A stretch of DNA of 57,813 nucleotides, counting the filler, from Sphacelaria rigidula (lineage: Eukaryota): NCBI GenBank assembly GCA_964200075.2. It is 4 parts of 4 records of this genome, joined end to end, with 100 filler letters (N's around TTAATTAATTAA, not from the genome) between each part and the next. Parts side by side here need not be neighbours in the genome. Positions count along the whole stretch, not along the records: positions 28,960 to 43,337 come from CAXNAA020002282.1; positions 43,438 to 57,813 come from CAXNAA020002283.1; 2 more parts are not named here. One strand, written 5' to 3'. This document shows positions 35,101 through 48,445 of the stretch, one piece after another. Each line of letters starts with the position of its first letter. Position 1 is the first letter of the stretch. The notes beneath the pieces were generated by a model. The model was not told where the DNA came from. It did not search any database and saw only the letters and a program-made list of their open reading frames with translations. The position numbers were made by a program, and so were the translations under genes.

Positions 35101-37678
35101 TGCCCAACCCGTGCTCTTGCTGCAGGCGGGTTGTGGTGGTATAGCTGGGAATAATACTGTTGTGCGAACGCAGCCGGTCGGTGATATATACGGAGTATAT
35201 ATCTTGGGATGATGGTCTATACACTATCAATATACGATTGACGAAGTGACTTTTTCCAAACATGGTTCGTGTTGGTAGACTATGGAATACGGGTTTTTTG
35301 TGAAGTATGTGGATTGATGGGCGAGGTATGCCCCGTTCAGGCAATATCTTATCACGCCTATCAGGTGGTTCGCTTGAATCACAGGTGTGGACATACACAC
35401 GTATCCAACGTGTGGGATCTCTATTCAGCGAAAGCTGTTGAGAGTTATCCACCCTTTAGCCCATGTACACATGGACCGGGGGCAACAGAATGAATATATA
35501 TTCAACAACTTTTCTGCGTGTCGGATCCCATACGCTGATAACGATGCAGTATGCAGGATTTGCTCAGCTGACGCTGCTCGCAATAAATCTCTTTTCCCCC
35601 AATCTCCAGACGAGTTGGAGGGGGAAAAGGGATATTTATTTCGAGCTTCTTCTGCTGTTCAAATTCCAAATCTGCCAGTGTGCGTCGGATATGCGCAGCA
35701 GCAGAACCTGTTTCAAATAGATCCTTTTATCGCCAATTTCGAAAATGGGTGAGAAAAGGATCGATTTTGAACAGCTTCTTCTGCCGTTCGAACTAAATCC
35801 TCTTTTTTGCCGAAATAAATTGGGCGAAAAAAGGGTCTGTTTTGAATAGCTTGTCCTACTGTCCAAAATAAATTCCTTTTGGCCCGATTCAAATCGCGTG
35901 AAGAGGAATTTACCTTGGACAGGAGGACACATAAATTTAAAGGTTTTGTGCCAAAATATTTGGAATTTTCAAAAAAAAAAAACGTCAGGGTTTTTTACCG
36001 AAACATTATCACATGACTGTGCAGGACTTTGCCGACAAGCCTACACAGGGCTGCAAAGTCAACCCTGGGGAAAACCCTATCAAAACGCTACGAGGGGTTC
36101 AGATTTGGATTTTCACTGTCAGGGTTTTTTCACAGAGACTGTGGAGGACCCTGTACGGACCCTGCACAGTGCGCCCCAAAGGGTGCTACCTGTCCATGAG
36201 TGATGGTCTCGCTCTTCATCATCCCTATTCATTTCTCTTCTTGAGGCTCTTCCCGTGTGGGACGCTTTGTCTGTTTGTTTGGGATCTGCTACATGGACAA
36301 GTAATAATAATTATACATCCGTGTTCAGACACCTGCGGTGTTCACTCCTGAGACGAGATCAGCATAAAGCTGTCTGCGCCAACCTCTGCAGTCACCTGCC
36401 AAGAGGAGTACAACGGTCTCCGCGTCTACCATATTCCTCAACAAAAACCTGTATCTGATGGGGGTGGAAGGAGCGATGATTATGAACAAAAGGGACCAAC
36501 ACGATTTGAATTTTGGTTAGCGGGCGGGTTCATAACCAACATCGGATCCCATTGTGAACGCCCGCCCATAATTGAGGAGCTCTCCAAAATCGGCTGGAAA
36601 CCTGAACTATGAGACATTGAATGTTCTACATGTTCTTACTGTACTCACGCTCTCCCTCCTGTACTGTAGCTGGCGCTGTACTACGCGGTTTGGTCTCTGC
36701 TGAGATTCCCATGAGCTGCTCTACTGTTGTTGTGCACTGCTCTGTACAACACTTAATGAAATAGTTGTAGTCGGCACCCAGTGCTGTCTTATCAGTTGAA
36801 GATGCAATGCGTTCGTGGGCCGTTGTGCCTCCCGCAACGAACAGGGTGCTTCGTGACCAGATCCATCTTGTCCTATAGCCGACACTGAGCTGGGGATTTC
36901 CTCAAGTGTTGCTGTCCTGATATCGTGTCTTGGTCGGTATAAAAGTTGTTGTCGGCACGCAGTGCTGTTCACGCACTGCTGAAACTGTCATGGCGTGTTG
37001 GGAGTAGTTTCATCTCTGCAATTAGCAAGATGCTTCGTGCCCACACCCCATCATTTCCAGGCTGTAGTTGTCGTTGTACGGTCGTGTGTTTGAACCCTAC
37101 GAACACGATTCGATCCAGGCTGGACATTACCCAAGCTGCTGCACTGCTGCTGTGTTCCGACCTGTGAAGAATCGATCTGGGAACACAGTGCTGTCCATCT
37201 ATACGAAATTGAAAAGGTCACGCGATGGCTCTTCAACCCTCGTGCCTTCTTTGGGTGCTGGTGTACAGGTGCAAACCTCCTCATTTCATTTTCCGCCACA
37301 AGACATGTTTTAACCCTCAGGCAGGTTTTCCAGGGGGATTATCCCCTTTATGACAATCCCTTTTTGAAAGGTGGTTGCCCCCACAACGACCGGTTTTGCG
37401 TCTTATCGTAAAGCAGTTTAGTCCTGGTCGAAGCCCAGGTGTGCAAAAGGTTCAGGAGTGCGACGATTCTGGAAGCGGTCGTTAGCTCCATGTCGCTGTA
37501 ATGCTACAGACCAGACGCAAAAGGGCAACACAACACCTACGCACCCACCACTCACGCGCATTAGTTCCAGCGCTAGAACTTGCTAATCTACACACGGCAG
37601 TATTTGTTTGACGTAAATCCGTTCTATAGTAGACGAATAGCGGCCGCGCACGTGTCAAATTACAACCGAGAACGTGTC

Positions 37679-37889
37679 TGTAATGCGTGAGAGGACCGCG
37701 TGCTTAGAGGACCGCATCGGAATTTGAACACCCCTGTTGTTAGGGTTAGGGATATGGTTAGTGTTAAGGTTAGTGTCAGGGGCGTGGTACCTGCAGGGAC
37801 TGACCCGATTGGTTTTGAAAAACGTCGATTCTGAGGTATTTTGAACTACGGCGCGGTTCTCCTAGCACGCGATCCTCTCACGCATTACA
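37679..37889. mobile_element. 211-bp MITE with TGT...ACA ends, ~40-bp TIRs, 5-bp TSD GTGTC and an internal TTAGGG-like tract
   Basis: TGTAATGCGTGAGAGGACCGCGTGCT pairs with AGCACGCGATCCTCTCACGCATTACA; GTGTC occurs at 37674-37678 and 37890-37894. Confidence 0.9.
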
Positions 37890-37951
37890 GTGTCGTTGCT
37901 GGCAGGTTGTGTGCGTGAGCTGTGAGCGCATCTCACACAAACCGTTTGTTT

Positions 37952-38295
37952 TGTTGAGGTGAACAGCCTTTTCAGTGGAGTCTACGGTATTGATCAGCCA
38001 CGGTACAGAGGTATCCGTCTTTACGGGTTGTGACAGTTCGCGGTAGGATTTGATACCATAGTAGGCGTATGTCTTGTACTCACGTACGCAATGTCTGGGA
38101 ACTCCGCTTACCACGGGTTTGGGTAGCCACACGAGTTCACTTCGTTCTCCTCCTTCTTTTCCTCCCTTGACTTGCTTAGTCAAGCTAAGTAATACTTCTC
38201 TTCTACAACAACATGATCGGCTCAGCCGTGTCCTTTGATCGACTTCATTGGTCGTATCTAGTTGTCCCTGTTTACGGATCACGTATTTAGGAACA
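37952..38295 (+). repeat. 5' LTR
   Basis: TGTTGAGG...AGGAACA. Confidence 0.95.
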
Positions 38296-41200
38296 CTCTA
38301 GAGTCCAATTGATTTGCCAACGGCTTGTGGTTCAAACATTCGACGAAGATGGCAGCACCAAGGAACGCGGCCATACCCCCAACAGCGACCGGGGACGACG
38401 CGGACTTCAGAGGTAGTTTGTATGAAGCAAAGGCAGCGATGTCCCGATTAGTGCACGGGCACTGCCCGCGGGCGGGGAAAGGAAGTCAGGTGGTGAGACG
38501 CACCTCACCACGCGCTCGGGATTTGGGACGTCCGGGCGCAGCACGGTCGAAAGACCAGTTCAGGCCAGCTCTGTGGAGCGGGCTTTGTTCCTGAGCTATC
38601 CAATTCACCTGGGGGAGACGTGTTCTGCAGAAACGACGTCACCACTCAGCTACAACACTGTGCAGGGGGCGCGCACCGTCTACCTTGTGCGCGGAGAGGG
38701 GGTAAAGAAGATTCATCGGGGGCGTATTTCCCAAGCGTGAGTACTGCACCAAATGAGGTGGTACCGCGGGGATTTCTTGGTTTGGAAGGTGTTTTTAGTT
38801 CCCGGGACTTCAGTACAGTATTCGCGCAGTGACGGGTTTTGATTTTGTGGGTAGAGCCAGACTGTTACATTACAATCATGGGGATGAAACGTGATGGTGT
38901 CGGTAAGCGTGTCAGCAGGTGGCTGCTGATCAGTGTGTTCCAGACGGATATGAGGATGTGATTTACGGCGCTGTAGTATGCTTCTCATGTTGCAACAGTC
39001 TGGTGAGCTGTCAGAGGATTTGATCTGAAGCGACTGTTTGACTGAAACTGCTGTGTACGTTTTCCCCATCTCGGCGGGACGAAATTTTGCAAGGGAATAG
39101 TTGGTGCATTCCGTTCTGCATTTGCTTGTGACAAAATATCTGGGCCAACATATAAAATTAGACGGAGTTGTACGACGATGTATGATGGTAATAAAAAGAA
39201 TGCGCGCAAGAACCTCACGTGTGTTGTGAAACATGAAGGATTGTCAGGCTGATCACGATAGGTGGATGGCCTTGGCCGGCGTTGAGACCTTTTTACAGGG
39301 GTATGCCGATCTCAACGTTAGTGAATTGCACGTTCTATCATTTCTGAAAGTCTTGGTTGAATTTCTACTAACTTGGTTGGTCGATGGGTAGGTATCTTGA
39401 TTGCATAAGAAGTACTGCACAATCCGCCCTCCCTGTGAGTGTAGTTGAATTTCCCGAACTTTGCAGGTCGACGATGAAATGTACTTGTTGTCATATCGGG
39501 TGGATGGCTCGATTACATGATGATCTCGGTATGTGACCGGCGTTGAGGCCCTTTTCAAAAGGGATGTACCGCTCTCAACGTCAGGTGTTACACTATACGC
39601 TTTCCCCTTCAAGTGCCGGTAGATGTTCTCTAGCTTGCTTGGTAGAAGAAGGGTAGATATCTTGATAGCATAAGTAGTATTGCACGATACGCCCTCCCTC
39701 GGGGTGTAGGGTAAATGTCCCAGAATTGATACGGGGTGATTACGAAGTGTACTTGGTTATCTGCGGATAAACATACATAATATGTATTGTTTTTGGTGCT
39801 GGGGTCGTGTTTACATGAAGAGCCGACCCAGTCCCATGTATTCCATTTTTTCGTCACCTACAGGGTGTGGGTGCAGATCACCGTTCCCAGCCGGTATGGT
39901 TGTTGACAAAATTATGAAGATCATCTCAATAGGTGCAGTAAGGGTAGGACGCTATACCACTGGCTTGATTGTGCAGAAGATATCGGCATTTAGTCATCTC
40001 AGTGACGTGCAGAAACACCCACGTGAGTGATGACGACCAGTTGCATTCTAAGACATATACTCCGTAGAGTCAATCTTGGTCTGATGATACTGCTTGGTCC
40101 TTCATATTTACAGAGTAGAGAGGGACACTTCTCCTCGTGAATTTGCTTGGACTGCCCCTTGATCTCGATTCCCAAAAGGAGGAAACACGAGAGGTGTCAA
40201 AGTGCGTGTGGTCACGGCTTGTGTCATTGACGCTTAATTAAAGGGGGGGGGGGGGCTGTTTGAAAAAGGAACAGTAATATCCAGTGCCCTGTGGGGTACA
40301 GACTAATGACACACCACGTATTCCGTATGTGGTAGGTACGAACAAAAGACATGTTACGCATGACATGAAAAAATAAGAAATGCTATCTTCAACCCGTTTT
40401 GAATGTAGTTTTGAGGCTGTGAGCTGGCGGAACTAGTACCATGGGGTAAAGAACGGGTGTTATTGCATGACACGATGAAAAAAGAAATACTCATTTTCCC
40501 CCCAACGTGATTGGTGGCCAAGATATATGTTGATGGCACTAGGATCATGTGCGATGGAAGCATGCTGGCACCGCATGCCAAAACAAGAGTGTAGAGCGCA
40601 ACTTGTTCTTGGTTGGTCGGAGTTGTAACCTGGTAAACTGACCAAAACGGCGCGGGCATGTTCACACAACATGGATAAACAAGTGTGTAACTGGAAGCAA
40701 CGATGCGTGAAATAAAGATGACTGTTGAGATGTGAATCTTTGTGGAGCGATTTTTTCCGTTTGATTCTAATAGTCAGTGGAGTGATATATCGTTATGTTG
40801 ATGAGATCTGGTGACCAATACGATTCTGGATATTTCCCCAAATTTTCACTGTGTCGCGTCGAGCCTCAATTCCCGGTGAGGCCCGATATTTGAAAGTGTT
40901 TCTTCTGCGATAGGTAGGAAGCTGAAGTTGGGTGGCGCGAACCGGCAACGAGCACAATCCCCCGCTGCATGGATCTCTCAGTGGACATCGGTAGAGAGAG
41001 GAAACAACGCTCCACGATGCAGACGCCCCCCAGTGCCGTAGCCCGAAACGAGGGGAGCAAGAGAGAGACGCAGACTGTTTGAAAGCAAAAACTGAGGGGG
41101 GGGGGGGGGCAAGATGTGATGTCATGTTGTGCTTTTGATTGCACGTGTTGTAAGCAGTCGAGCAAAATTTCGCTCTGCCGGTTCGCTAAGTAGAAAGTCT

Positions 41201-41840
41201 GGTACACGATTGATTATACACTTGATTGACTGCGTGCCAGAAGGTGTCGAGAATCATTGCTCCGACGGATCGCGATGTAAGAGTCGCATAGTCCTTGACT
41301 GAAATAGTATTTTTCTGTTTTTCTGTTTGGAAGATTGATATCGCAAAGATTTGAAAAATAGGGCATGTGCACTTGACGATGCGTACGCTGTACTGCAAGA
41401 TATGCATGAGGATCTTGATTTTGTCCTATGCTGCAGGTTTGGATACATACCTGAACCGATACTCAGTGTGCACTGTACTGCTTGCACCATGGGAAAGCGC
41501 AGAACATGAGAGTTTGTTCGCAAATTTCCAAATATGGATATCATTATTATTCTAGTTCCGAGAGAGCTTGGTTTTGGATCTTGGAACGATGATCGGGATC
41601 TTTAAGCGCAAGAATCTGAATGAGGTACAGAGAGTTTTGAAGCATTGTAACTTTTCGAAAGAAGGGCGCGCACATATGATTCTGGTATATATTGTCTATG
41701 GGGGGGCAGGTGCGATTTTTCTTCGAAAGTACCTGTTCAGTGACGTGAGTAGTCTTGAAAGACATCCCCGCTCACAGGATGAATCGTTGTCTAGATCGGT
41801 TTCCCGTGAGCCTACTACTGAAACGACTGCCCAAGGGGGG

Positions 41841-42187
41841 TGTGGAGGTGAACAGCCTTTTCAGTGGAGTCTACAGTACTGATCAGCCACGGTACAGAGG
41901 TATCCGTCTTTACGGGTTGTGACAGTTACACGCGGTGGGATTTGATACCATATTAGGCGTATGTCTTGTACTCACGTACGCAATGTCTGGGAACTCCGCT
42001 TACCACGGGTTTGGGTAGCCACACGAATTCACTTCGTTCTCCTCCTTCTTTTCCTCCCTTGACTTGCTTAGTCAAGCTAAGTAATACTACTCTTCTACAA
42101 CAACATGATCGGCTCAGCCGTGTCCTTTGATCGACTTCATTGGTCGTATCTAGTTGTCCCTGTTTACGCATCACGTATCTAGGAACA
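41841..42187 (+). repeat. 3' LTR
   Basis: TGTGGAGG...AGGAACA directly after the polypurine tract. Confidence 0.95.
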
Positions 42188-43337
42188 TGTTTTCGTTGAA
42201 TTTTGAACAGGTTTGAGCAAGGCCACGCACAACGTGCACAGCTGATAAGCAGCTACGGCTCGAGCTGTGTGGCGTGCGGGGGCATCAAGTTCCTGAAGTT
42301 CAGCTCTGATTGTGTTGGGTTGTATGGCAAGACTTTGCATGTGGCTCTGTCAACGGGATATTCATGTTCCCCTTCGAGGTATTCAGCACTCGCCCTTTCG
42401 AAGGGAAGTTTTAGGATCGTATTTTAGGGGGTGATGTCGCAGCGACCAATCAGCGGTCGTCTTTGAAAAATGGGATACATGTCTCTTCGATAAGAAACCG
42501 CCACAGACCGCGAGCGCCGCCTCGGAACAGGTTCACCGACCGACAGTTCAGGTACACCCAGGGGTTTTCAAGGGACGGGCGGCGATTTTTGACAGCCCAT
42601 TTGCATAACAGTCGAAAAGTTCATTAGGTCAAACGTGTATGTTTGCGAGTATCCCACGGAAAATCCTAAAACAGGAATGAGGTCCGAGAGGAGCGAAGTA
42701 ACCATTCTGAACAATCACGGCTATAAAAATGGTCGCGTTGTTCCCCTACAGATGGACTACAGATTACAGATGGACTACCTCGCTGTCTCGCCGTAGTTCC
42801 CATTTTGATCATGACAATTCAGCCATAGATAACATGGGCACATACAACGTGCCTTCTATCCTATTCGTTGTCTTTGCCGCCTGCCCGATCCCTCTTGTGT
42901 TGCCAGCATAGCTTCACACCAAAGTTTTGTTGTGGGAACACTAAGCAGAGACGTCAGCAGCATACAGCAGACTGTTTAGTGGAGAGTGATACCATGCTGC
43001 CTGCTCCTGGCCGTTGTATCCAGCGAAGATATATGTACAACACACACTTCACGGCACGCAATAGACTACAGGGTCGAAATCGGTCATGGGTTCTTTGAGA
43101 GATTTTGCCGTATAGATGCCCAATATCCACATGTTCATGAAGAAAAGTGTTCCATGTGACGAGGAAACAGCCGGTCTGAAGCCCAAATGTGGAACAGTAC
43201 ATCTGAGTTCACCTCTTGAGGCTCGCCGTCTAAAGGTTAGCAGTAGGTTCTCGAAAATGGGGTTGAATAAAAGAAGAAGTTTCAACTCAAAAGCCGTGCT
43301 TTCCTTGTCCTAAATTCAAGACAAATGACTTTCATAT

Positions 43338-43437
43338 NNNNNNNNNNNNNNNNNNNNNNNNNNNNNNNNNNNNNNNNNNNNTTAATTAATTAANNNNNNN
43401 NNNNNNNNNNNNNNNNNNNNNNNNNNNNNNNNNNNNN
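43338..43437. other. Artificial contig linker
   Basis: N44-TTAATTAATTAA-N44. Confidence 0.97.
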
Positions 43438-46400
43438 TGTCCCCTGGTCATCATCCAGGATCCTACATGCTACATCTACTACGCCTTGGTGTATTTTGGC
43501 TACACCGGGCAAGCATGTAAGCACAAACCCGGTTCCCACTGCCCACACACCACATCCGTAACCTTCGGGGGCAGAACGCGTGAGTCATCATTCACACCTG
43601 CTGGTCCCTTCCAGACTGCCCTCGGCTGTTGTTGCATGAGGTTATTTTGAATTTGATCCCACCGGTCGCCCGCTACTCCTGCAAGTGTCAACAGTATGTC
43701 CGAGTGTTCTTTCTCCCCCCTTTGAACCACACCATGAGGGAGAAGCCCATCCAAACTGGAATCCTGGGGCGAGCCTGACCCGCCGGAGAGTCCTTCCAAA
43801 CTAGAAACATGGTGACGTTTATAGCCACGAGGCACGATACCACTTGCCACAATAAAGTAAACATCAACATCGGCAGGGTCGGTGATTTGGAACCGCCCGC
43901 TAACATCCCCCGGGCTATGCGCTTGCGGCAGCCGGGACAACATGTCAGCGTTGGAGTCAGCGGCACTTGGTTTATAGATAATTTCGTACGTGTACGCGCT
44001 AAACCAATCCTGCCAACGCTGAACCCGCGGCAGCTTCTCTGCCAAGCTAAAAAGACTGCGCAGAGGTTGGTGGTCGCTACAAATTTGGAAAGGCACCCCA
44101 TAAAACAGCGGTCGATTTTTCTTCACAGCCCACATGATAGCACCAGCTTCCAACTCAGTGGCCGTCCAATTTCGTTCATTCGGCAACGCGCTCCGACTCC
44201 AAAAGCATGACGGCCGCACGGCACCGTCTGGCTGGCGCTGTTCGACCACAGCCCCCAGCCCCTCCTTGCTGGTATCAGTAACCAACATGAAAGAACGGAC
44301 ACCAGACGCAGCACCCTCATGATCAGGAAAAACCAGGACCTTAGTGCTAGACAAATCGTCCAAAATTTCGCGAACGGTAGCCGCGTTTTCCGGCGTGAAC
44401 GTGAACTCAACCCCTTTTTTCAACAAACCATTTATAGATGTTGTACGAGCGGTCATCTTGGAGATGAATTCCCGATAATAACTTAACCGCCCCAAAAGCG
44501 AACGCAGCTCACCGACATTGGTAGGCATAGGCATTGATCGCAACACGTCCACTTTTTTAGAGTCGGGCGCAATGCCGTCGGCCGAGATACGATGACCCAA
44601 GAATTGCGTTTCTCGCGCCCCCACGTGCGCCTTCTTCGATGCCAGTTTCAAGTTGAATTTGGTCAGGCGTTCCAGGAAGGCGGCCAAATCGTTCACATGC
44701 TCAGCCCCATTTTTGCTGAACGTACAGATATCGCCAATATACAAACGGCACCGTTCCAGCCCTTCACACACCCTCGCCATGATAGATTGTAACCAACCCG
44801 GACTACCGCTGCACCCCATAGGCATAACTAACCATTCTTACAAACCGGACTGTGTGCACACGGCGGTGAGGGGGGTGGTGTCTGGATGGATCGAGATATA
44901 GAAATAACCTGACAGAATATCCAAACACGTGAACACTTTAGCGCCGCCAAGTTCATTCAAAAGTTGATCGATGGTGGGGATGAGCAAAACAGGGATGACG
45001 GTGGCTTCGTTGAGTTTACGGTAGTTGCACGTCAACCAAATCCTCCCATCTTTCTTGCCACTACCACCAGCGGGAACTTCAGTTGGAACAAGAGCGCCGC
45101 AACAACCCACCGGCCAATAGTCTGCCAATTTCGACTTGCACCTTTTGTTGCAGGGCGGGATTGTGACGGTACGGCCGCTGCTTGACAGGAGTTGACCCGG
45201 GTTTCAGTTCAATTTTGAAAGGATCCACCGTGCAATAACCTAAATCCATCTTGTCCACCGAAAACCGGTGCGAGAACTTGCACAGTACATTCGCCAATTT
45301 GCCGATGTCTTTGTCCTCTAAACCCAAATTGATGCCACGCAAATGCAGCGGGAGGCGATCCCACAAACGCCGGAATGCCACTCGTTTTTCCGCACATAAT
45401 TCTCCATACATCTCGTCTGGCGGAGCCGACACCTCCTTGTTGGCCACAAACACACCAGGAGGCACCGGGGCTGGCCCGGGGCTGGCAGTCTGGAGATTTT
45501 CGTATCATTCAGCGAACACGGTACCAGCGGCAACCCTACTCCACCCAATTTCATCCCCGGCACGGCCACGACATCCTCAAAATTCGTAAATCTCAAAACA
45601 GTAATTGAATCGCCGGCATCCACCACCATGCCGGGCTCTCCTTACCTTGTGATGGATCCATCACACCAGGGCCGTCCAAAACCCTAGCGTCTGTCGGACG
45701 TGAGCAACGCCCACCGCGACAGCTGCACAAGTGACTCATTTACCCGTGCACCTTCGCAAACTTTGGGAGAAAAGGCTGTCCGGACCGCAACGCCGAACCA
45801 CACCCTCCTTCCGTGGATCAGCATATACCACACCAGATCGTCGCGCAGTAGACGTAGTGCAAAGCGGAGGAGTCGCCCCCTCCCCTGCTAGGATCACGTA
45901 AAGATTGATCAGATCCCACGGCTTCCCCAAAAGCGGAAATAACACACCCACCTTTACCGACACCCCCAGACAGATCGTACCCTTTATCGTTGCCAAAGTC
46001 CGCTCTGTGCGGGAAGGAGATGACAGAAATTTCGCCGTCTATAGCAGGAACAGCCTGCTGTGCAACGATTCACACAGGCAACCGACTTTGTTGAGCTCGA
46101 TGAGCATGATTAGCAGAGGATTCGCTACATGGAACAGGCTACGCCTGCTGTGGGACAATTTCCCAGGCGACTGACCAATTCGAGTTCGCCGAACATCCTT
46201 GTTAACCGAAACTTCACTGCATACAGCCGTCTCAACCTGCTGTGGAGCAAACACCAGCGGTGACCGACCGTTACGAGCTCGACGGGCATCGTCACTACCT
46301 GGCACTGGTGCTACCGGTAAGGCGACCCAATCCTTACTGTCGCCCCCTCATTTCTTGTTGGGGTAGTTTTCAGCAAAATAGGAGCGTAAGCGACCATGCC

Positions 46401-48445
46401 ACCGCGCCTATTTATGGCGCACCTCCTCCGGGTTGCCTTCACCCATAGAGTGGTCAATGAGACCTGACTTGTTAATGAAACCCTCCGGGCAGTCGCGAGC
46501 CAGCGTACGGTCAGCGCTACCACAGTTTCAATAATATGGACCAAAAGCTTGTCGCACCTTATCTTCAAGCTCACGGGCGGGGAACGGTTCGTAAAACGGA
46601 GGGTCTTTAATCCTCCCAAAACGGTGCCCGTTGCCCCGTTCCACCATGTACACATGAGCCATTTCCTGGTCTTCCTGGTCAAAATCACGCATGTGGGTGA
46701 TAGTCATTACCCCCCCAAATGATCTACCCTGGCCCCCTTTGGGTGGGTAGCGATTCCAAGCCGTCCCTCCCGTCGGTCCCAGCGCGAGTCGAGGCGCATG
46801 CGCCCGCATCGTGTTGGACCGGAAATCATCGAGTTTAGACACCAACAGTTCCAAAGACGCGAGCAGCGTCGCGCAGTCTTCTCGACCCGCAAAAGCATGG
46901 CTACTGGTTCCAGGGAATCGATCCTGGATGGCCATTTTTATGGCCGACTGCACCTGCACTTGATCGGGAGTTATTTCGGCACCCAGACATTGCACATTAC
47001 TCACAAGAGTGCGGCGGTTACGTAGGTAGCCCGCAAACATCGTCCCCTCGGACGCCTGAATATTAATCAACTCTCGTAAAACGGCATCCACGGTGAGGCA
47101 AGTTCCGTCCTAATAACCTGCATCAAGTACGCCAGGGTATCCGACCCCGATGCACCCTCTGCCAGTCAACGAGCTACAGCCGACATCAAATCCGCAATTC
47201 GCATAACACCACTCGGCACTTTTAGAAAGACGGGCTCCACGCACCTTTTATGATCGCGCCTCGAAAGCCCGTCTTGCCCACAACCCGGCCGGCAACTCGC
47301 TTTTAGCGCGTGAAGCGTGCGCATGAACCCGCGCGTCGACCGCACGTGCGGGCACTGTTCGCGGCAGAACGCAGTAAGCGGCTCCGACAACCGCGCCAAC
47401 GGTACCTCCACCTTCGGAGGTTCGCCGCAGCCTCAAACGGGATACCCTGCCCCAGTCGCAGCCGGTACACCTACCTCGATAGCATCGGCAGTATGCCATG
47501 CCGAACGGTTCCACCGTCTTCCAGCGTCTGCAGGAATAGCCATACACAACTCACGCGGCGGGGTCACCGACACACCGTGAGGGCCATGGCCCCGCCGCGA
47601 CCGCCCATCAAGGTCTCTCCCAACGCCGTCACACTCAGCACCGTCGCTATCATCACGGCGACGGATACCTCCACCCTCACATTAATGGTATTACGGCTGT
47701 GGCATGCATGATCATGAGTACACCTCACATCCCTCACACTGGACGACCTCGTCGGATACCGAGGTCGCACTCAACCTACGAACCGGTGGAAGTGCCACCG
47801 CCGCTTGACCGTTACTCCCCAGACAGGCGGAGCTGGATTCCTCATCTATCTGTGCCGAGATTTTGGGATCAAACCGTCGCCGCCGGTCGGCGATCGAATC
47901 GTCATAGAAGCACAAACCGAAAACTCCACAACCGACTACCGACAAGCCCTCATGAGGGAAACGGGGGTCAAGCTCACGTAGCAACCCCACTCTACCCTCC
48001 ACAACGCCCCCCGGCGCGGTCGACCCGGTCGAACCCGCCTCACCCTCCGGCAACGGAGGGGAGTTCTCACCAACATGATGTGCAGATTTACAGTCCAACT
48101 CGTGAGACGAGCTTTCTGAAGGATTCGACATGCGAGCAGAATGTACGCTACGCCTCGACGAATCTGACCGACAATCACCACGCGCCGCTCTAACCGTGCG
48201 CGCCGCAACCCGACGCGGGGATGCTGCCCGTCGTGGGGCCGCAGGAGACCGCTGGGACCGCGTGACCGGACCTCTCCCCACCCCTTTAACACGATCCTGG
48301 TTCGCACCTGACATGAAAGCAACCGAAAGCTCCGCAGCAGACGAACCCCGAAGAGCAGCAGTACAGCAATCGTACCGTCGACGCCACTGAGAAGAACCTG
48401 AATTCCGCTCCAGAGAAATAGAGAATCCTGTCTTCTCACTTACCT
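43438..48445 (-). mobile_element. Second degenerate Ty3/gypsy element (gag-like, RT, RNase H), cut by the contig end; same clade as 17554-25501
   Basis: PVKQRPYR, LTCNYRKLN, LDILSGY, MPMG, LYIGD, FLGH, TDTSKEGLG, SDHQPL and NADMLSRLP motifs in 43500-45465; gag-like ORFs 46528-47411. Confidence 0.92.
43500..45465 (-). pseudogene. Gypsy RT and RNase H, frameshifted
   Basis: ORFs 45079-45465, 44838-45128 and 43500-44825 are collinear; YIDD reads YIGD. Confidence 0.93.

Larger units (their letters stand above)
37952..42187 (+). mobile_element. Non-autonomous LTR retroelement (LARD-like), 4.2 kb, no recognisable pol
   Basis: LTRs 37952-38295 and 41841-42187 have TG..CA ends and differ by about 9 substitutions plus one 3-bp indel. 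Polypurine tract AAGGGGGG at 41833-41840. Perfect 5-bp TSD TGTTT (37947-37951 and 42188-42192). Confidence 0.93.

Noticed and set aside
35450..36185. CACCCTTT...AAAGGGTG ends resembling piggyBac termini
   Set aside because: Only 8 bp of inverted identity and no TTAA target duplication.
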